From: Planctomycetia bacterium
GTDB taxonomy: Bacteria > Planctomycetota > Phycisphaerae > Phycisphaerales > SM1A02
Reading direction: 5' to 3'
Length of the DNA: 64,000 bases
NCBI GenBank assembly: GCA_005792145.1
Contig: SXSS01000046.1
Span: forward strand, 649 to 64,648
In this document: piece after piece, positions 58,206 to 64,000 of the stretch
Position numbering within the stretch: position 1 is the first letter of the stretch
Layout of the letters: every line of letters starts with the position of its first letter
The notes under the pieces: generated by a model
Told to the model about the DNA's origin: nothing
Database searches by the model: none
What the model saw: only the letters and a program-made list of their open reading frames with translations
Program-made: the position numbers and the translations under genes

Positions 58206-58979
58206 TTAGTAGACGGTTGTTCCGCCATTGACATGAATCGATTGTCCTGTGACAAATCGTGCCGCCTCACTCGCCAGAAAAACAACGGCTCCACCGACAT
58301 CGCTTGGAGTTCCGAAGTTGCCCATAGGAATCAGAGTTTCGTATCCATCCTTGTCACTCTGCGCATCATTTGCGTGACGCTCAACTGGAATCCAACCTGG
58401 AGCAACTGCGTTGACGGTGATATTCCACGGCGCAAGTTCCATCGCCATACTTCGAGTCCATCCAATTTGCGCACCCTTCGCAGCGACATACGGGCTGAAG
58501 TTTCCAACACCACGATGAAAAACTTCGCTTGTGATGTTGATGATGTGACCGTGACGCTGCTTCTTCATATGTGCAAGCGTTGCTCGCGTCAGCAAATATG
58601 GACTCTTGACGAAGAAGTCGAGCATCGATTGATGAAACGCCCAGTCATATTCTTCGATCGGCTTATGCGGCTGATCTGGCGTGGCGTTGATCACGAGCGT
58701 GTCGATTGGCCCAAGCTTGGCCACAATCTCGCCGCACATCCGATTCACATCGTTTTCATCAATCACATTTCCGCGGAACATTTCTCCGGCATAGCCCGCA
58801 GCCTTGAACTGGGCGAAAGTCGCGTTTGCCGTTGCGGAGTTATTCCAATAATTCAAAGCAACCTTCGCGCCTGCGTCTCCAAGAGCGAATGCGATCGCCT
58901 TCCCAAGTCCCCGACTGCTGCCTGTGACCAATACCACTTGTCCTTCGAGATGAAATTTTGGGATATTTTTGGAATGCAT
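58206..58979 (-). CDS. SDR-family oxidoreductase
   Basis: VLVTGSSRGLGKA (TGxxxGxG), NAT and the YVAAK catalytic motif. It is the first gene of the ABC operon. Confidence 0.85.
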   Translation of the reverse strand: MHSKNIPKFHLEGQVVLVTGSSRGLGKAIAFALGDAGAKVALNYWNNSATANATFAQFKAAGYAGEMFRGNVIDENDVNRMCGEIVAKLGPIDTLVINATPDQPHKPIEEYDWAFHQSMLDFFVKSPYLLTRATLAHMKKQRHGHIINITSEVFHRGVGNFSPYVAAKGAQIGWTRSMAMELAPWNITVNAVAPGWIPVERHANDAQSDKDGYETLIPMGNFGTPSDVGGAVVFLASEAARFVTGQSIHVNGGTTVY

Positions 58980-59127
58980 AAAAACTTTCTAATCCAGCAA
59001 TCAACAGGGACGAAGCCTACATCCCATCAGTTGATTTGGTTCTGAACTCTTCCATTCCTGCGGCTTCGCTTCTGCGGCTCACTTCGATAAGATCACATTC
59101 GAACATTTACTCCATAGAAAGGTTCCC

Positions 59128-59463
59128 ATGTCTGACTCAACAACAACACCGTCAAATCCTGATCACGCTCGCCTGGAAAAACTCGAAAGCACAGTCAGAC
59201 GACTACGTCGTTGGCTTTGGGTGGCATTGATCATCGGTATTGCATTCTTCTCATTTGCCATAGGTCGCATTTCTGGTTCAAAGTCACAAATGAACCGTGA
59301 TCACGGCATGCCTGGAAACCAGATGCGAGGCCCGCAAGGTGGTCCGCAAAATGGCGGTCCGCAAGGTGGTCCGCAAAATGGCGGTCCGCAAGGTGGTCCG
59401 CAAAATGGCGGCCCGCAAGGTGGTCCGCAAGGTGGCAAAGGTAAAGGCAAAGACAGAAGCTGA
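59128..59463 (+). CDS. small single-pass membrane protein with (GPQGGPQNG)n tail
   Basis: 111 aa. TM segment WLWVALIIGIAFFSFAIG, then GPQGGPQNG x3.5 and KGKGKDRS. Confidence 0.55.
   Translation: MSDSTTTPSNPDHARLEKLESTVRRLRRWLWVALIIGIAFFSFAIGRISGSKSQMNRDHGMPGNQMRGPQGGPQNGGPQGGPQNGGPQGGPQNGGPQGGPQGGKGKGKDRS
59329..59436 (+). repeat. 27-nt coding tandem repeat x4
   Basis: ggtccgcaaggtggtccgcaaaatggc is iterated nearly perfectly. Confidence 0.9.
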
Positions 59464-59546
59464 TTTTTCGATCAAATATCCTTTGTTTTGACGGATTAAA
59501 TTACAACATAATTTGTATCCGACGATTTTCGAGGCATCATTCATTT

Positions 59547-60305
59547 ATGCTCGCTCTTTGTTCTGCAAGCTCTCGATTGGCTGGCTGCTTGGTTGGGTTG
59601 ATCACACTGCCAGTCGCAGCTGACATGATGCAAATTTCTGCATCTCGAGACACCACGCTCTATGAAAGCCCCACGGGCGCGCTGGGAAATGGCTCTGGAC
59701 AATATTTCTTTGCAGGTACAACAAACCAACCACAACTTCGCCGGGCGATCATTGCCTTTGAAACCACCTCTATCATCCCTGAAAACGCGCTCATTCAAAG
59801 CGTGACACTTCGCTTGCATGTCGCATCCACTAGCACTCAGACCAACAACTTTTCCCTCTTTCGCGTCACTTCCAATTGGACCGAAGGTGCGAGCGATGCA
59901 ACAGGCACCGAGGGCAGCGGCACAACTGCGATGGCTGGCGATGCAACTTGGTTGCACTCCTCACTTCCAGGGGTGCTTTGGAACACCGCGGGCGGCGATT
60001 TCAATTCTGTCCCAAGCGCGATGCTTTCTGTGGGTGATCTTGGTTTTTATTCTTGGACATCGGCACAAATGACCGCGGATTTTCGTGCTTGGGTGGCGAA
60101 TCCGCAGAGTTCATTCGGTTGGATGCTTCGCGGTGATGAATCCGCTGCAGGAACAACACGCAGATTTGATTCCAGCGAATCATTCAGCAGCGCATTTGCG
60201 CCAACACTTTTCATCGATTACTCAGTCGCACCCGCCCCAAGCTCGATTGCACTGTTTTCGATTTCATCCGCGCTTGCATTGGGAAAGCGTCGTCGCCGAG
60301 CGTAA
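59547..60305 (+). CDS. secreted DNRLRE-like domain protein with PEP-CTERM-type anchor
   Basis: Signal peptide, RRAIIAFETTSIPENALIQSVTLRLHV...FRVTSNWTEG, and a C-terminal VAPAPSSIALFSISSALALGKRRRRA. Confidence 0.6.
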   Translation: MLALCSASSRLAGCLVGLITLPVAADMMQISASRDTTLYESPTGALGNGSGQYFFAGTTNQPQLRRAIIAFETTSIIPENALIQSVTLRLHVASTSTQTNNFSLFRVTSNWTEGASDATGTEGSGTTAMAGDATWLHSSLPGVLWNTAGGDFNSVPSAMLSVGDLGFYSWTSAQMTADFRAWVANPQSSFGWMLRGDESAAGTTRRFDSSESFSSAFAPTLFIDYSVAPAPSSIALFSISSALALGKRRRRA

Positions 60306-60323
60306 AAAAAGTCGCTGCGCGTT

Positions 60324-61529
60324 TCAGTTTCCGCTTGTCCCCCAACTTGAAATGAGCAGAGCCAGATCTGCTCCATCGACAAGTCCATCGCCATTTATGT
60401 CACGCGAAGAAAGAGCAGGAGCACAAGTAAATTTGATACTTCCAGTTGCTTGGGTTCCAGACAATCTTGTCAGCCTTACGAGGTATTGGCGACCACTTTC
60501 AGCAGTAAAATTGACAGTTGAAGCATTGGCTGTACCGCACTGATCATTGCATCCGATTGATGAGCTTTCACAGAAATCCGGATTACAAGCATTTACTTCA
60601 AAGACTTCAATGCCAGTATCAGCACCTGTCAATCCACAAGTTGAAACTTCTGCAGGACCTGAGCAACTCTGAGTCCAAAGAAAGAAAAATTGTCGGTTTG
60701 GGATAAAGGCTGGAGCGCAAGGGAAAGCAACTCCTACGATCGCCGGCGCAAAATTAAAGTCAAAGTTTTTTTCGACAATTGTTCCCTCGACAAATAAGGG
60801 AGCACTGCATGAGCTGGCGGGTAGCGGATAGATGTTTGTGGACATGCCATAAGCGCCAGTCGCAGCGTTGGTTGGATCAGTCCAACCCGTCAGGTGGTAC
60901 CCCGCATCAGCTGTTGGAATGGAATAGATTCCATTCCCATTTGTATTGAGAAATAAAGTCTTCGTCGAACCTGTTGTTGAACAATTTGAATTTATTCCAG
61001 TCGGCAGATTGTTAGAACCAGAGACTGCTACGAAGTATTCGGAATTTGGCTCCAGCAAACTTCCAAGAGTTTGGTTAGAGGAGCCATTGACAAGAGACCC
61101 TCCATTAAGAATGGGCCAAGAGCTTGAAACAGAATCTTTTATAACGGTTGCGATTGGAAATGCAAGCGTGACAAAATTCGTCGCCACTATTCCACAATTT
61201 ACTATACTTTTCTTAAAAATCGTAAGTCGAGCATCCCAAGCAGGCTCGCCTCCTGCGCCCATATTCATGTCTAATTTAAAAAGAGAGGTATTTGAACCCG
61301 TCTTGACAACAAATAAATCCACGAGATCTGGCGTGCCAACCAGGGCGGTCGCCGATGTCCCACCGCGTACTCTTGTGACTTGCGTGTTCGTACTTCCAGC
61401 GACCGTCTGAGCAGTTGAGGGGGTAGTCCCGGCATCCTTTGCGCCTTCATCCCAGTCAGGACCTGCGAAAAGAGAAGAAGCCAGTGAACAAACAGCGATT
61501 GGCGCGAGAATTTTGGAGATTTTTAACAT
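60324..61529 (-). CDS. secreted protein of unknown function with C-terminal dockerin/EF-hand-like tag
   Basis: Signal peptide MLKISKILAPIAVCSLASSLFA and a C-terminal DINGDGLVDGADLALLISSWG. The body is Ser/Thr/Asn/Gly-rich. Confidence 0.6.
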   Translation of the reverse strand: MLKISKILAPIAVCSLASSLFAGPDWDEGAKDAGTTPSTAQTVAGSTNTQVTRVRGGTSATALVGTPDLVDLFVVKTGSNTSLFKLDMNMGAGGEPAWDARLTIFKKSIVNCGIVATNFVTLAFPIATVIKDSVSSSWPILNGGSLVNGSSNQTLGSLLEPNSEYFVAVSGSNNLPTGINSNCSTTGSTKTLFLNTNGNGIYSIPTADAGYHLTGWTDPTNAATGAYGMSTNIYPLPASSCSAPLFVEGTIVEKNFDFNFAPAIVGVAFPCAPAFIPNRQFFFLWTQSCSGPAEVSTCGLTGADTGIEVFEVNACNPDFCESSSIGCNDQCGTANASTVNFTAESGRQYLVRLTRLSGTQATGSIKFTCAPALSSRDINGDGLVDGADLALLISSWGTSGN

Positions 61530-61700
61530 AAGAAACCCCTTTGGTTATCAACGAAAATGAAAAATAAACACTTGTATTGTAAATCAAGAATTCATCAAGT
61601 CAAGAAAATTTTGTTTTTCAATTGAATCATCCGTTTGATGTAAAGCTCACAAATCAAAAAAACGCTGTTTTGAATGGCTATAACTGTAGACTGATAATGA

Positions 61701-64000
61701 ATGCCCCCATCAAATGACGAAAAAACGATTTTACCCGAGGATGAACCTCGAAAGAATCGGTCGATGGATGTCACCTCGGATTCCACTGCCCAAGAAGGGG
61801 TAAGTGCAATTCCCGAAGGACCCATTTTCGGAATCGATTCTCGTTCATGGGGAGGCACTGCCTTCGATGGCGTCGGGGCGCAGAAGGCATCGCATGCTGG
61901 TGCGCGATATAAAATTCTTTCAAAGCTCGGCGAAGGTGGATTTGGCATCGTCTATCTCGCAGACCAAACCGAACCTGTCCGCCGAAAAGTTGCGCTGAAG
62001 GTGATGAAGATGGCATTCGCCTCGCCTTCGACATTGGCAAGGTTTGAAGCGGAAAAGCAAGCGCTTGCGATCATGGATCATCCGGGCCTTGCAAAGGTCT
62101 TCGATGCAGGAACGACACCCGAAGGTCAACCGTACTTTGCAATGGAATATGCGCCAGGTGAACCAATCGCTGCTTTTTGCGATCATCGTCGTATCGACAT
62201 TCGAGGGCGAATCACTCTCTTGGCGCAAATTTGCGACGCAATTCAGCACGCCCACATGAAGGGAGTTGTTCATCGCGATCTGAAACCTGGAAATATTTTG
62301 GTCGGTGAAACCGACGAAGGTATTCGAGCGAAAGTGATCGACTTCGGAATTGCAAAGGCGATCTCAGCTGGTGTCGTGGACAATGTTCTCGAAACGCAGT
62401 TCGGTCAATTTGTTGGAACGCCTGTCTATATGAGTCCAGAACAAGCGGAGGGTGGATCGGTTGATATCGACACACGCAGCGATATCTATTCCATCGGCGT
62501 CATCTTGTACGAACTGCTTGCCAGTTCGACTCCCATCGAATCCGAAACACTTCGACGATCAGGCATTGCTCACTTGCACCGAACCATCATGGAGACAGAA
62601 CCTCCGCGACCAAGTGCGCGGTTGGCGAAGTCATCCATAGAAGAACGCAAATCCATCACAAATGCACGAAGTATCGATTTTGGATCTCTTGACAAATTGC
62701 TCAAGCGCGATCTGGATTGGATCACTATGCGTTGCCTCGAAAAAGATCGCACTCGCCGATACGAGAGTGCGAGCGGACTTGCCGCCGATTTGCGTCGATA
62801 TCTCGATGGAGAAGCAGTCTTGGCTGGTCCACCTGGAACGCGATATCGCATGGAAAAGTTTGTGCGTCGCAATCGATTTTCGGTGGCAGCTGGATGTGTG
62901 GCTGTGGTTGGATTGATCACATTTGCAGTCGTGATGGGATTGCTTTGGTCCAAGGCAGAGAAACAACAGCAACGCGCCCAACAGACGCTTGATGTCTTTA
63001 TAACTTCACTCAAATCTTCGAATGTCTCTGGCGCACAAGCGGGGACTACTGTAACGGTCCAAGACTTTTTGAAAAAAGTTGAAAAAGTAGCAGAAGAAAA
63101 ACTTGTCTCCCAGCAGGATATTGCAAACGATGTGCGAGAAACAATTGGACCAGTTTTCACTTCCCTTGCGGACTATGAATCTGCCGCTAATACTTTGGAT
63201 CTTGCGGTGCAATATCGACGCAGTACCGCGCCGAGTGGAAATGACAAAGACAGGATCGCACTTGCGAATTCGCTTCATGAGTACGGCCGAGCTCTGTATT
63301 GGATAGGGAATCTGCGTTTGCCAGAATCGCGCATCGCATATGAAGAGGCACTGAAATTCCGACAGCAATACTTGCCTCCAAACGATCCATCAATTGCGAA
63401 CACAATGATGCACCTCAGCATGGTGTACTGCGACTTGAATGAAATGCAGCTCAGCGACAAGATGGGCAACGATTCAATTGCCTTGACACGCAAGCTTGAA
63501 ACGCAAAATGCAGAAGAACTTTCAAAAGCCCTGTTTTCACGCGCCACCACATTACGCAAAGCGAAAAGATTCGACGATGCAAAAGTTTACGCCGATGAAT
63601 CAATTCAAATCCTGATCGGAAAGTATGGCAGTAAAGATTGGCGTCTCGGGCGAAATCTCGCATTACTCGCTTCCATTGAAAGCGCCCGTAATCGACCAGA
63701 ACTTTCGCTCATTCACCAACGGAGCGCGCTGGATTTGATCACCCCGCGATACGGGACAAGCCATCCAACAGTCACTCAAGCACAACAAACATTGGCCGAG
63801 ACTCTTTGCCTCTTGGCGACTGGAACATCCAACCCAAATGCCACGACGCAAATCAAGGATGCGGCGAAACTCGATGAGGCGATCCAAAACGTTCAATTTG
63901 CTGTCGAAGGTCGAAGACTTGAAGGAAATTACCCGCGAAATCTCGGGGCTTCGCTTGCGTTGCTTTCTAGGCTGACCGAAATGAAAGGTGACATAGATAC
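61701..64000 (+). CDS. Ser/Thr protein kinase with TM segment and TPR-like C-terminal region (3' partial)
   Basis: Not in the ORF track because it has no stop in the window. I translated the frame from the ATG at 61701, preceded by an in-frame TGA at 61698. It contains YKILSKLGEGGFGIVYLA, VALKVM, HRDLKPGNIL, DFGIAK and GTPVYMSPE, plus the TM segment FSVAAGCVAVVGLITFAVVMGLLW, and is open to nt 64000. Confidence 0.9.
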   Translation, partial: MPPSNDEKTILPEDEPRKNRSMDVTSDSTAQEGVSAIPEGPIFGIDSRSWGGTAFDGVGAQKASHAGARYKILSKLGEGGFGIVYLADQTEPVRRKVALKVMKMAFASPSTLARFEAEKQALAIMDHPGLAKVFDAGTTPEGQPYFAMEYAPGEPIAAFCDHRRIDIRGRITLLAQICDAIQHAHMKGVVHRDLKPGNILVGETDEGIRAKVIDFGIAKAISAGVVDNVLETQFGQFVGTPVYMSPEQAEGGSVDIDTRSDIYSIGVILYELLASSTPIESETLRRSGIAHLHRTIMETEPPRPSARLAKSSIEERKSITNARSIDFGSLDKLLKRDLDWITMRCLEKDRTRRYESASGLAADLRRYLDGEAVLAGPPGTRYRMEKFVRRNRFSVAAGCVAVVGLITFAVVMGLLWSKAEKQQQRAQQTLDVFITSLKSSNVSGAQAGTTVTVQDFLKKVEKVAEEKLVSQQDIANDVRETIGPVFTSLADYESAANTLDLAVQYRRSTAPSGNDKDRIALANSLHEYGRALYWIGNLRLPESRIAYEEALKFRQQYLPPNDPSIANTMMHLSMVYCDLNEMQLSDKMGNDSIALTRKLETQNAEELSKALFSRATTLRKAKRFDDAKVYADESIQILIGKYGSKDWRLGRNLALLASIESARNRPELSLIHQRSALDLITPRYGTSHPTVTQAQQTLAETLCLLATGTSNPNATTQIKDAAKLDEAIQNVQFAVEGRRLEGNYPRNLGASLALLSRLTEMKGDID

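Noticed and set aside
1-64000. Mobile elements, prophage, toxin-antitoxin, restriction-modification or other defence modules
   Set aside because: No transposase, integrase, recombinase, nuclease or helicase signatures, terminal inverted repeats or att-like duplications flanking the two tRNA genes were seen. The genes next to the tRNAs are ordinary metabolic or protease genes.

Overview
The window looks like a chromosomal segment from a Planctomycetota-like bacterium. This is inferred from a DUF1549/DUF1553 + DUF1501 gene pair, PEP-CTERM and dockerin-like sorting tags, and ribosomal proteins with low-complexity tails. It is dominated by housekeeping genes. All product calls come from motifs I recognised by eye; no homology search, GC calculation or folding was run.

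Gene content in order:
- 1-4.1 kb: arginine genes (a partial ArgA-like GNAT and argJ), an ECF-type sigma factor with an overlapping small partner ORF, and pheS.
- 4.2-19.8 kb, minus strand: an uninterrupted S10-spc-alpha cluster, rpsJ-rplCDWB-rpsS-rplV-rpsC-rplP-rpmC-rpsQ-rplNXE-rpsNH-rplFR-rpsE-rplO-secY-map-infA-rpmJ-rpsMK-rpoA-rplQ. It lacks rpmD, adk and rpsD. rpmJ is absent from the ORF track because it is under 60 aa.
- 19.9-24.5 kb: a tight four-gene cluster of two exported proteins of unknown function, a GT2 glycosyltransferase and a BshC-like protein.
- 24.5-29.6 kb, minus strand: lysS, a transglutaminase-like gene, nnrD and yhaM.
- 29.7-30.8 kb: prfB, which needs a programmed +1 frameshift. 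The shift site is CTT TAA C rather than the canonical CTT TGA C.
- 30.8-38.6 kb: a glycogen-debranching enzyme, a GH63-like hydrolase and a hybrid histidine kinase.
- 38.6-48.6 kb: tRNA-Ser, a tricorn-like protease with an acidic tandem-repeat insert, a sialate O-acetylesterase-like gene plus an NPP/alkaline-phosphatase-family gene, tRNA-Gly with a clean terminator, oligopeptidase B, and a META lipoprotein.
- 48.7-53.0 kb: a DUF1549-LamG-DUF1553 / DUF1501 pair.
- 53.0-53.4 kb: a repeat-rich non-coding locus.
- 53.4-59.0 kb: an SDR + ribose-type ABC transporter + mutarotase operon.
- 59.1-64.0 kb: a GPQ-repeat mini-protein, PEP-CTERM and dockerin-tagged secreted proteins, and a Ser/Thr kinase-TPR gene. 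The kinase runs off the 3' end and is also missing from the ORF track.

I saw no CRISPR array, transposase, integrase, prophage or recognisable defence system.

The best candidates for something not yet described are:
- the 19.9-24.5 kb cluster;
- the structured repeat locus at 53.0-53.4 kb;
- the UAA-type prfB recoding site;
- the loss of the Cys (Zn-binding) ligands from both S14 and L36.
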